Below are positions 39,513 to 50,923 of a stretch of 64,000 nt of DNA, in pieces. Position numbers and translations under genes: made by a program. The stretch is taken from positions 4,340,001 through 4,404,000 of the forward strand of contig JAGIQG010000024.1 in the NCBI GenBank assembly GCA_024679065.1. Reading direction: 5' to 3'. The stretch comes from Sphyrna mokarran (lineage: Eukaryota). Position 1 is the first letter of the stretch, and every line of letters starts with the position of its first letter. The notes beneath the pieces were generated by a model. That model was given only the letters and a program-made list of their open reading frames with translations. It had not been told where the DNA came from and made no database searches.

Positions 39513-40854
39513 TGAGAGACACTCAGGAGAGTGTCTTATCCGAGTTTTATTGTTGCTCGTCGACACGTGTCATGCACTTCTGATCGGAATCAGAGTGACT
39601 TCCACCAGATGTTATCACAGCCCTTAGGCATTGGCGGAAACGGGAAATTGATCTTGGAATGATGCAGCCACAACCACAATTGCAAGCAAGCGGATTGAGT
39701 CACACCTCTGGGAGCGTCTGTCGTGCATGTTAGTTTTTGCTCGTTTGCTCCGAGCTGTTTACCCATAAATCATCATTTGATTACAAAGTGATTTTTATTA
39801 AGTAACAGACACAACCATACAACAAACAACCCAACAATACCGAAAAAGCGACCGTGGCATGAAACGCGCTTGCACAACCCGGGAGCTGCACCCATTGCTG
39901 TCAACCACACCCAACCCGTCGGGGCATGGAAGACATGTCTATTTCTGTTACTTTTCGTCATCATCTGGCCAGCAATCATCAGGAACGAGCCGGGACAGCA
40001 CAGTCCATTCACTGCGTCACACCAGGTACAGGTCTGTTTGTCTTTCCTCAAAGTCGTGTGGGCTGGAGGTCTCGGTGGGGCTTCTGCTACCTTGATAGGC
40101 GTGATCGCATCCGTCACATGCAGATCACCAACTATCCCCGGGACTGGACGGGACCTGTCAAGACAAAATTTCTTTCACGATTACCAGGTTTAAAGGTACA
40201 GAAGCATGTTGGCAGTTCTTGGCCAGTCAGATTCCCTTCAGGACCATCACCTACCAGTTTGAAGGCCTGAAACCCTGCGGGACCTCTGCTAGGTTTGACT
40301 CACTGTGGTCTACAATGCAAAGAGTACCACAGTTATGCGAAACATACCAAAGACTATTCCAACAATACCACTCCTGGCTGGCAGTCCAGTGATAGTGATC
40401 ATTGTCTAGGCATGAGTGTCACCCGCTATTAGTTTCTCGGCCAGTCGTGGAATACCATCTCCTGTGCCCATGGAGATGATACCAGGTGGCTCCCGCTGAA
40501 GGGATTGACTCACTGTGCGCTAGAAACCAGAAGATTCACACAGCTACTTGAGATAGGCAATTTTTAAATGGAGCCTTCTTACGCAAGAATGGATAAAAGC
40601 CAATCTCAATCCACCTGTTTGTAATTGCAGTCTGATTGGGTACAGACGTGCAACTACATCCGCATTTTGCTTCTTGGACAGTTGCTTTAGCCATCGCCGC
40701 TTGGTCGAATAGCGGCGATGTTGCCTGGCAGGACCATTGAGGAGGTGCAACTCACTGTGTTATAGAAGCGATAAAATTCACACAGCTACTGTAACCATGA
40801 CTCTCCCACTCGAGAGTAAGAGAGTCATAGTTACTCCTGCCTGAAATTAAGCCA
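39513..40854 (-). mobile_element. Unclassified CpG-rich, structured non-coding insertion (antisense, inside a WASF2 intron)
   Basis: Abrupt rise in CpG relative to the flanks. Three tandem structured units at the minus-strand 5' end; minus-strand AATAAA at 39794-39799 and 39546-39551; terminal hairpin 39517-39536; TG...CA ends with imperfect flanking repeat TATTCT/TTTTCT. Confidence 0.55.
40680..40842 (-). ncRNA. HDV-like (delta-type) self-cleaving ribozyme fold, unit A
   Basis: Minus strand: P1 (A)GGCAGG/CCUGCC(A); P2 AGUUGC/GCAACU; P3 ACC/GGU with L3 UCCUCAAU; GG for P1.1; P4 CAUCGCCGCU/AGCGGCGAUG; J4/2 G-CUAAA. This closely parallels the HDV antigenomic core ACC-UCCUCGC-GGU-CCGACCU-GG...GAUGG-CUAAG. 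Confidence 0.72.
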
Positions 40855-40864
40855 TTTTCTATGT

Positions 40865-41860
40865 GTAAGCTCTTCAGTCCAGTCATGAATTGAAAATTTA
40901 ACAGGAAGAGGTGAATCCACAACTAGCCCGCTCCTCAATGATGGAGAAGTCAGAACTTCAGTGCGAAGTACAATTAAGGCTGAAGCAATTTAAGACATCT
41001 TCAACCTGAAGTAGAGTGGATGATCCATTTCAACGTACTCTTGAGGTGCCCAACATCATAGATGCCAGTTCTTCAGCTAATTTGGTTCACTCTACATGAT
41101 ATCAGGAAGCAGTTGAAGACGTAGATACTTCAAAGGCTATGGCCCTGACAACATTTTGGCAATGGTACTGAAAAATTATGCTCCAGAACTAGCTGACAAA
41201 GGTTCGTCTATACTCAACGTCAGCTCTATTCTTACCACAAATGCTGTCAGACCTGCTGGGATTTTCCAGCATTTTCTGTTTTTGCACCCTTAGCCATGCT
41301 GTTACAGTACAGCTACAGCACTGGCATCTACCTGGCAATGTGAAAAATTGCTCAGGGATGTCCTGTCACACAAAGATCTAACCCTGCCAATTACTGCCCC
41401 ATAAGCCTATTCCCAATATCAGCAGTGATGGGAGCTGTCATTAACAGTGCTATCACATGGCATTTATTCAGCAAATATCTGCTTACTGACACTCAGTTTG
41501 GGTTCTGCCAGGATCACTTGCTTCCTGATCTCATTATGACCTTGTTCTAAACAGTGACAAAAAAGTGAGGTTAGTGTGATTGCCCTTGATAGCAAATCAA
41601 CATTTAGAATATGGCGTCAAGGAGTCTTAGCAAAACTGGTCACTGGGAATCAGAAATAGGAGGAAAATCTTCATTGATTGGAGTGATAGTTCTCAAAGGA
41701 AGATGTTCGCAGTTGTTGGTCAATCGGTCCCAAGACATTGCTGCGGGAGTTTGTCAGGTTGGTGTCCTAGACTAAACTATCTTTAAGTGCTTCAGCAATG
41801 ATCTTTCCCTCCTTAAGGTCAGAAGTGTGGATGTTCACACATGATTACTTAATATTCTAC
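40865..41860 (+). mobile_element. CR1/L2-clade LINE ORF2 fragment with a nested short Penelope-type repeat (~41190-41285)
   Basis: KAM(G)PDN-like, ANYCPISL and QFGFCQ remnants of an RT domain. Confidence 0.7.
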
Positions 41861-41989
41861 TCAGTGTGACTTTTTTCCTCTTTTTATGAGGTTTGAGATA
41901 TCTCGTATCTCTCGAACATTTTCTGTATTGAGTCACTACTACCTCTCCACATAGTCCAGTTGCAGAATATTCAGTAGCCATGAATGGGT

Positions 41990-43600
41990 CATAGCATCAT
42001 AGGGGTTTACAGGCTCTTCGACTTGTTCATACTGTCCCTTTTTATTAATCACTAAGCTAGTCCCAATTGCCCATGTTTGGCCCATATCCCTCTACAGCCA
42101 CTTTGCTCATGTGACTATCTAAACACTTTTTAAAGGACAAAATTGTACTGCCTCTACTACTACCTCTGGCAGCTTGTTCCAGACAGTCACCACCCTCTGA
42201 AAAAATTGCCTCTTGACCCTTATGTTTCTTCCCTCTCACCTTAAACCTAAACCCTCTAGTTTTAGACTTCCTTATCTTTGGGAAAAGATTGACTATCTAA
42301 TTGATGTTATTTTAAACACCTCTATAAGATCACCTCTAAACTTCTTAAGCTCCAGAGGAAAATGTCCCTGCCTATCCAGCCTCTCCTCCTTGCTCAAACA
42401 ATCAAGTTTCAATATCATCCTAGTAAATCTTCTCTGCATTCTTTCTACTTCAATAACATCCTTTCTATAATAGGGTGACCAGAGCTGAACACAGTATTCT
42501 AAGTGTGGCCTTACAAACATCTTGTACAATTTCAACAAGACATCCCAAATCCTGTTTTCAGTGTTCTGACCAATGAAACAAGCATGCCAAGTGCCTCCTT
42601 CACCACCCTGTCCATTTGTGTCTCTACTTTCAAGGAGCAATGAACCTGTACCCTACACCACTTTGTTCTATAACTCTCCCCAGTGCCCTACCATTAACTG
42701 AGTAAGTCCTACCCTGGTTTGACCTACCAAAATGTATTACCTCGCATTTATCTAAATTAAACTCCACCTGCCATTCATCAGCCCACGAGCCCAATTGATT
42801 AAGATCCTGTTGCAATCCGAGATGACCTTCTTCACTGTCCATTATGCCAGCAATCTTGGTGTCATCTGCAAACTTACTAACCTTGCCTCCTATTCTCGTC
42901 CAAATCACTAATATAAATGTCCAGTAACAGTGGACGCAGCAGTGATCTCCGGGGCATTGAGCACTCTCAAAGTCATGCTGATTGTCCCTATACGTGAACT
43001 ACGGGGATTCAAGAAGGTAGCATACCATCATCGGACCTGAGCATTGTCCCATGAGCAACTATAAAATTTTGAACTTGTGTTAGTATTTCATCCATTAGCT
43101 CATTGTAGTTTATTGATTTAGGGTACCTGATTGTTCATAAATATCATCACTTGTTGAAATCATTTATTATCTAGGGTGCGTAGCAGGGTTACTTTGGCTT
43201 ACATTATCGACTTCCCTTAACCTTAAATGGCAGATTCCACGAAGCCAACATTTCAGATTCCACAGGCCTCTAATTTGAAAAAACACCCCCCTACAACTAC
43301 CTTCTGTCTTATGTCATCAAGCCAATTTTGTATCCTATTGGCTCCTTCACTTGGATCCATTGAGATTTAACTTTATGTAACAACCCACCATGTGGTGCCT
43401 TGTCAAAGATCATGTAAACAACTTTAACCGCATTGCCTGCATCTACCTTCTTGGTTACCCCCCTTCAGAAAACTCGGTGAAATTTGAGAGATATAATTTT
43501 CCACTTTCAAAGTCATGCTGACTGTCCCTAATCAGCCCTTCCCCCTCTCAATGCCTGTAAACATGTCTTTCAGAATATCTTCTAACAACTTACTGTCGAC
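41990..43600 (-). mobile_element. CR1 LINE RT fragment with 3' end, interrupted at 42962-43264
   Basis: ORFs read VRPHLEYCVQLWSPYYRKD and VSKFADDTKI...WQVEFNLDKCEVIHFG. Confidence 0.9.
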
Positions 43601-45598
43601 AACGCGTGAACTATTGGGATTCAAGAAGGTAGCAAACCATCATCTGGCCTGCTCCTTCTGTTCTTGTATTCTTGTTCTCCAGTGCAAGTCGGGATGGGCA
43701 ATTAAATGCTGGTCTCGCCAGCAATGCCCATGTCCCAAAAGCAACTTTTGAACTTGTGTTAGCATTTCACCTGTTGGCTCCTTGTAGTTTATTGATTTAG
43801 AGTACCTGATTGTTCATAAATATGATCACTTGTTGAAATCATTTGGCATTATCTAGGATGCATAGCAGAGTTTCTTTGGTGGCTTACATTATCAACTTTC
43901 CTGAAGCATAGGAACTTTAAATAGCAGATTTCATGAAGCCAACGTTTCAGATTCCACATCAACTAATTAATTATATGAAGGTGAATTTAATTACTGGCTT
44001 CCTTGATATTAAAATAAATACTGGGTGAAATATTTTACAATGACATCCAATAAAAATGTATAATAAATGTGGAATGTTGCTAGTCAGATTTTAAGTATCA
44101 ACAGAATTATTTAGGTCAGTGCTGAATAAAGCATGCTATAGAAAGTTACCAGAGAACCTTGAAATGCCACAGCTCATTGTCGCGGGAGCAATTACTTGGA
44201 AACAGACTAACCTGTGAAATTAATCACGAATACGTTGACATCTCAAACCAAAATGTGAACATTTTAGCAATTACTGAATAATTCAGTTTGTTTATCAAAC
44301 TGGTGTACGAAATTACAATTGTTGCTTTAAAGTTCTGTGTGTCTTGTCCCAAGAACATTACCAAATGAGAATATTAGAAAATGGATACGAACATTACAAA
44401 GGGATACTGAATGATATTGAGAGTGAGTGAATAGGCAAGATTGGCAAGTGGATTTCAATGTAGTCAAATGTGAGGTCATCCACTTTCGACTTCAAAAGGA
44501 TGGAACAAAGTCCTACTTAAATAGTGAAAAGAAAGAAATGATGGCGGGAAGGTGGGTTTAAATACATAACTAAAGATTAATGGAATTCTTTATATCTGGA
44601 GCACTAGAACAGAAGGAGGTAAAAGTTATGTTTCAGTTGTCCAATGCCTTGGTTAAACCATAGGGCATCATACCTTGAGAAGGGTGGGAAGACTTTGGAG
44701 TGAGTGCAACATCAGTTTATTGGAATGATGCTGTGCTTCAAGTGTTAAATTGTGAAGAGAGATTGCATAAAATAGATTGTATTCCCTGAAATTTGGATGG
44801 TTAGAAGGGTATTTGGTCAAAATAGATTAATGTACAGCTGAAAAGAAACTATTTTTGCTGGTTGGGAATAGAGGACGCGGGACACAAATCTGGCTCAATT
44901 TTTCTGATTTTCTCTTGAAAACACTTTACAAAGGTGATAAAAGTTTGGAATTCTTTTATAGATGGCAATTGGTACTATATCAATTGTAAATTTTAGATGT
45001 GAAATTGATTTTTATGGATACGGGCAAATATAGAATTGGATCATAAATCAGCCATGATCTTATTGAATGGCAGAGCAAGCTTGGAGGGTTGAAAGGACAT
45101 CTCCTACTTGAGTCTTCGTTTTCAGAGTTGATGTGGGATAATAGGCACTTTTGATAAAATAATTAAAAGCAAAATACTGCAGATGCTAGAAATCTGAAAC
45201 AAAATAGAAAATGCTGGATAGACTTAAGCCTGGCAGCATCTGTGGAGAGAGAAACCAAAATGTAGCAGCATCAGATGGACTCAACATCTTAACTGTTTTC
45301 TTCTTCACATGTGCTGCCAGATCGAATCAGCTTATTCAGTTTTTGTTTTACCATTATTTTGTGTAATAGTATACTGCTTGTATACCTTGGATGAGTTGCA
45401 GCGCAAAATAAGAATGTCGTGCTGTAAACACTGAGGTCAAGGAGAACCTGTGGAGAGAAAACGAATAGCATTTCGGATCAACAAACTTTCATCAGAACTG
45501 CAATGTGAATGCACTTTAATTTTTCTATTTTGTTTCAAATCACAAAACTCTTACAAAACACACTGAAATATATTGGTTGCTATTCTGTCTTTATCTAG

Positions 45599-45729
45599 AA
45601 AGAGAAAAGGGATGTTTCAAATAGAGGAAATCTCAATCCACGGAAAATAAGAACTCGGAAAGAAGAATGGGAGAGGTTGAAGATGGGCAAGGAATTTGTG
45701 GAAGCAAAGTCTGTGACAGAAGAATCCAC
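45599..45729 (+). CDS. WASF2: WASF2 coding exon 5 (basic region)
   Basis: tctag acceptor; [43 protein letters not shown]; donor gtaaat; 131 nt, phase 0/2. Confidence 0.95.
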
Positions 45730-47028
45730 GTAAATTTTACTATTTTTATGATTTAATAAATTATGCAAATAGTTGCTTGTGTTGCTGAATAAAAAAGTCA
45801 GAGCTTTTCATGCACTCAGTATTATGCAAGAATACAAATGAGGGAAAAACAATTTATACTGAATGAAAACAGAGCGCTAAGCGATTGGTAATGGGCTATA
45901 ATAGATGTTATATTACATGGAGAATGTGCCAGTTGATGGTGACTGGCAGTTAACTGCCAAGTGTTGCTTGAAATTTAAATCCAACATCTTGCCTCCCCTT
46001 GCCCCTTATTCATGAATTCAGTGGTTATCAGTGAGAATAGTACCAAGGAATCCAGCGCTTCATTCATGTGGGAAAACTAGAAAAGCTGGGGCTCTTAAAA
46101 TGGAGGAAGTTATGGAGATATTTAGCAGAGTTATTCAGAATCTTGAGTTTTTAGTGTAAATAAGGAGAAATATTCCAGTGACAGAAGGGCTCGTAAACAG
46201 GTGACACAGCTTTATGATAATTTGCAATGGAATCAGGGCTGGGTTACGTGAAGAACCTTCACACAGTCAGCTTTGATGATGTGGGATTGCACTTCTTGAA
46301 ATGGTGGTGGAAGCAGATTCAATAATCTCTTTCAAAACTAAGTAGTCTCACAACACTAGGTTAAAGTCCAACAGGTTTGTTTGACAGCATGTGCTTTTGG
46401 AGTGCTGCCCCTTTGTCACCCGATGAACTACTTATTGTGCCCACTCCAGTTCAACACTGGCATCTCCACATCATGGTTACCTCTGTCAAAAGAGAATTGG
46501 ATGAATACTTGAAGGAAAAACTGCACTGTAATTCGGAAAGAGCAGGGGAATGGGACTAATTTGATTGCTGTTTCAGAGAGGCAGAACACGTAAAATAGCT
46601 GAATAGCTTTGTATCTTTCTGATTCAAGAAAACCTTTAGATCAGGGCTGTTCAATTTGTAACCACAAATTAGCCATATTTTGCCTTGGGCGCAATACTAA
46701 AATGAGGAATTTTTACACCCAAATGAAACACATTCCTTTATGTGTAGCAACAAAGGACAAGCATGTAAATAACAAGTGTTAGGTCTAAAATCTTTGATGA
46801 AAAAGCAATATACGTTCCTGGCCCAAAATCCTTGTCCTAACAGTCAAGAGCCTCAAAGCTATCCGTACTCACCATCTACCCACCAGTTCATGCTCCGGTT
46901 GCCAGATATAGTGCAAAGTGAATTATTGATTGTGATGTCTGTAAATCTTGATCTAAATTAAAAGATTCTGACTGCTGAGAAACAAATTTTTAGATTGCTT
47001 GTTTTATAGATAATTTGTATGTTTTCAG

Positions 47029-47184
47029 ATCCAGTCACAATGAGATCTGTCCTAACGGAAGCATAGGTTCTGATGGAAATGAAGATCTTGTTTATAGAAC
47101 CCATGGAACATACCGTGATTCAATCATTCCGCCTCCTCCAGCATCCCCAGGGGCTGATTTACCTCCACCACCACCTGATTTTGA
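47029..47184 (+). CDS. WASF2: WASF2 coding exon 6
   Basis: ttttcag acceptor; SSHNEICPNGSIGSDGNEDLVYRTHGTYRDSIIPPPPASPGADLPPPPPDF (NGSIG and LPPPP motifs as in WAVE2); donor gtaagt; 156 nt, phase 2/2. Confidence 0.92.
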
Positions 47185-48054
47185 GTAAGTTAAATTAAAA
47201 GTATATGAATAAGCATAATGTTAATGAATATTCTGAAACTTTTTAACGTTGAGCAGTGCAACTACGTTTTAATTTGTGGAAAAAAAAATTAAATGAAGTT
47301 GTACAAGATTTAAATCCTTCACACACTGATTCTTCACAAGCTACTGTGAGCAGTGATATCCCAATCAGCAGAGTATAGAGTTTAACATCAGTAGGATTTT
47401 AGTGCAACTGATTAATTATTCTTTATGGAATGAGCAGGCATTTTATTGAAATGGTGAAATCTTTGGATTTCGTAAACATAGATAAGGATTGTGGGTGGAA
47501 GTGGGAACATCGAGGTGGCAGCGCGGGCTTGTTGGGCTAAAGGGCCTGTTTCCCGTGCTGTTTTGTTCTTTGTTCAAATTTAAAGGAACTGACTTGTGCC
47601 TAACCTCCATGGGGACTTGTGTTACTGCATTATTACTTAGAGGAAACCCTGTTGTGAAGAGGGAAACAAAGTTAACATTTCAGATCAATAATCTTTCTTT
47701 AGAACCTGATCATCAATCTGAAACATTAACTCTCTTCTCAACAGATATTGCCAGATGTGCTGAATAGTTTAGTTTCATTATGAATGTCACACAAGCTTAC
47801 ATTAACATTACAATGAAGTTACTGTGAAAATCCCATTATTGCCACATTCTAACACCTGTTTGGGTACACTGAAGGAGGAAACTGGAGTGCCCAAAGGAAA
47901 CCCATGCAGACACGGGGAATATGCAAGCTCTGCACAGTCATGTTTCCAGTGTTTTTTGATTTTAATAATTTTGTTTTCATTCATAGTTTGCTACTTTCAT
48001 AGAAACTAGAAGCGGAAGTAAACCATTTGGCCCTTTGAATATACTCTGCCATTC

Positions 48055-49595
48055 AAAGAACAAAGAAAATTATAGCACAGGAACAAGCCCTTCGGCCCTC
48101 CAAGCCTGCAGCAAATATGCTTCCTGACATAACTAAAACCCTCTTCTTCTGGAGACCATATCCCTCTATTCCATCTCATTCATGTACTTGTCAAGACGTC
48201 CCTTAAAAATCACTACCATATCTGCTTCCACTACTTTCCCCAACAACAAATTCCAAGTTTCTACCGCTCTGTGTATAAAAAAAAAATCTGCCTTGTACAT
48301 CTGTTTTAAACCTTGGCCTTTGTACCTTAAAACTATGCTCCCTAGTAATTGACTCTTCCACCCTGGCAAAAAGCTTCTGCCTACCCACTGTGTCCATGTT
48401 TCTCATAATCTTGTAGACTTCTATCAGGTCTCCCCTCTACCTCTTTCGCTCTAGTGAGAGCAAACCCAAGTTTTTCCAACCCGTCCTCATAGCTAATGCC
48501 TTCCATACTAAGCAACATTCTAGTAAATCTTTTCTGTACCCTCTCCAAAGTCTCCACATCCTTCTGATAGTGTGGTGACCAGAATTGAGCACTGTATTGC
48601 TAGTGTGGCCTGACTAAGGCTCTATAAAGCTGCAACATGACTTGCCAGTTTTTAAACTCAGTACCCTGGCTGATGAAAGCAAATATGCCATATGCTGCCT
48701 TGACTATCTTTTTCCACCTGCATTACCACTTTCAGTGACCTATGTTCCTGTACCCCCAGATCCCTTTGCCTATCAATACTTATAAACGTTCTGCAATTTA
48801 TTGTATACTTCCTATCTATATTAGACCTTCCAGAATGCATTACCTCACATTTATCTGGATTAAACTCCATCTGCCATCTCTCATCCCACATCTCCAACTG
48901 ATCTATTTGCTGCTGTATCCTCTGATGGTCCTCGTCGCTATTCACACATCCACCAATCTTTGTGTTGTCTGCAAACTTAGTAATCAGTTTAGTTCCATTT
49001 TCCTCCAAATCATTTATATATATTACAAATAGCAAAGGTCTCAGCATTGATCCTTGAGAACACTATTTGTCACAGTCCTCCATTCAGAAACTCACCCTTC
49101 AACTGCTACCCTCTGTCTTTGACTGAGCCAGTATTGTATCCACCTTGCCAGCTCACCTCTGATCCCATAAGACTTCACCTTCTGCACCAGTCTGCCATGA
49201 CGGTCTTTGTCAGTGACCTTACTGAAGTCCATGTAGACAACATCCACATCCCTACCCTCATCAATCATCTTTGTGACTTCCTTGAAAAACTCGATCAGGT
49301 TTGTAAGACATGACCTTCCCTTCGCTAATAGGTGCACTTATTTCCAAGTGGGAATAAGTCTCAAAGAATCCTCTTCAATAATTTTCCTACCACTGATGTA
49401 AGGCTCACTGACCTGTAATTACCTGAATTATTCTTGTTTTCCTTCTTAAACAAAGGAACGACATTGACTATTCACCAATCCCCTGTAGCCAGTGAGGATA
49501 CAAAGGTTTGTATCAAGGCCCAGAAATTTCCTTCCTTGCCTCTCTCAGTATTCTGGGGTATATCCTATGAGGCCCTGGAGACTTGTCTACCTTAC
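48055..49595 (-). mobile_element. CR1 LINE RT fragment nested in an older CR1 3' end
   Basis: ORFs read GRSCLTNLIEFFKEVT...VYMDFSK and LFVIYINDL...KFADNTKIGG. Flanks 47995-48055 and 49600-49860 appear to belong to another CR1 tail. Confidence 0.9.
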
Positions 49596-50923
49596 TTTGA
49601 TCATAACTGATCATCAAATTCAATATCTTAATCCCCCTTTCCTCCCATATCCCTTGATTGCCTTAACCCCAAAGGCTATATGTAATTTTTTCCTGAAACC
49701 TGACATCATTGTGGCCTACTTTCTGTGGTAGTGAATTCCACATACTCATCAGCCTCTGGGTGAAGGAATTTCCCCTTGCCTCTTTTCTAAAAGGTTTACC
49801 CCTTATCCTCAAACTATGATTCCTAGTTCTGGACTCCCTCACCATTGCATCTCTACCTGAAATCATGTCCTTGTACAAAGAAACTTAAACACTGGATTAT
49901 GCACTAAACTGGAATCTCTGGAGCATACATCTAGATTAGGAGAGGTTTGATTGCCATTTCGCTAAATGCAATTTATTCTAGAATTGTTATACTCGAAGCA
50001 ACCACTAAGTCTTGAGAACAAACTGTTCTTCAGTAAAACAGCATCTTGTTTTTAATGTTTCCCAGGCCAAATAAAAAAGCAACAGTATTATGATTTAAAC
50101 TTAATGGATTTAGTGGAGTTTCCACAGAAACCAAATCATTTTAAACTTGTAATTGAGAGTAATAATGAGATTTTTACTCTTCAGACAAGTGTTAAGTATT
50201 TATATAGGTTTATAAATTGCAGAAAAGCAGAATTCTGTGAATGTAGAATAATATTCCTATTCTTTCATGTGAAACAGCTAAACTGCTTTCTGTTGTATAG
50301 TAAAGCCCTTGTTTAGCATTGATCATTTAATGTTTCATTTTAACGTCAGTAAGTTAATGGGGTCTGTAATTTTGTTGAGCATCATGAGATTCATTTTAAC
50401 CTAGTTTCCGTCATGATCCAGTTGGGACAGTTTGGAGTGGCCCCTGCCTGAGTGGTACTCTCTTCCCACATGCTGCTCCCAGTGTGGAGGCCTCTTTCCC
50501 CTTACTACTGTCCGATGTGAGACTTTTTTTTGGTGTTTGCCGACTTACGGACCTAGAGAGGGGGAGTGGAATCAATACCAAGCAGGAGGATCAGGAAGTG
50601 GGAGGTTCAGAAAGCAGCAGGAACAAAGTAAAATATTCCAATTCTCTTTTAATATTTCTAAACTTATTACAAAAATTACCTCTTACCAGTGTCAGAATTT
50701 CACAATGTAAAATATTTCAACTTGGAAGGTATAATATTTTAATATTTGTTTGCTTTCTGATAAGGAAGTTCCTGCAGAATCTCAATTTTAGCAGTGATGC
50801 CAATTGGAATCAGGGTTTCACTTCAAGTTGTGTTTTTCAAAGACAAAACCAGAATTTGAAGTGAGGACTTGCTGTGTGTGCATGTGAATTGTAATTTTGT
50901 GCTAATTTTTACTTCTGTTACAG

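Noticed and set aside
39911-39993. Hammerhead-like CUGAUGA...GAAA on the minus strand of the structured insertion
   Set aside because: Stem II is poorly paired, and no stem III or NUH cleavage triplet is positioned correctly. At most a decayed relic.
39773-40270. Overlapping 78-114 aa ORFs in the intronic insertion, including a possible delta-antigen-like product
   Set aside because: No recognisable motifs, no basic coiled-coil composition, and ORFs overlap on both strands as expected by chance in GC-richer DNA.
40295-40760. Three CACAGTG heptamers (minus strand) as V(D)J recombination signals or RAG-transposon ends
   Set aside because: Where checked, no ACAAAAACC-like nonamer follows at the expected spacing, and there are no V/D/J segments nearby. 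The motif is explained by the repeated hairpin.
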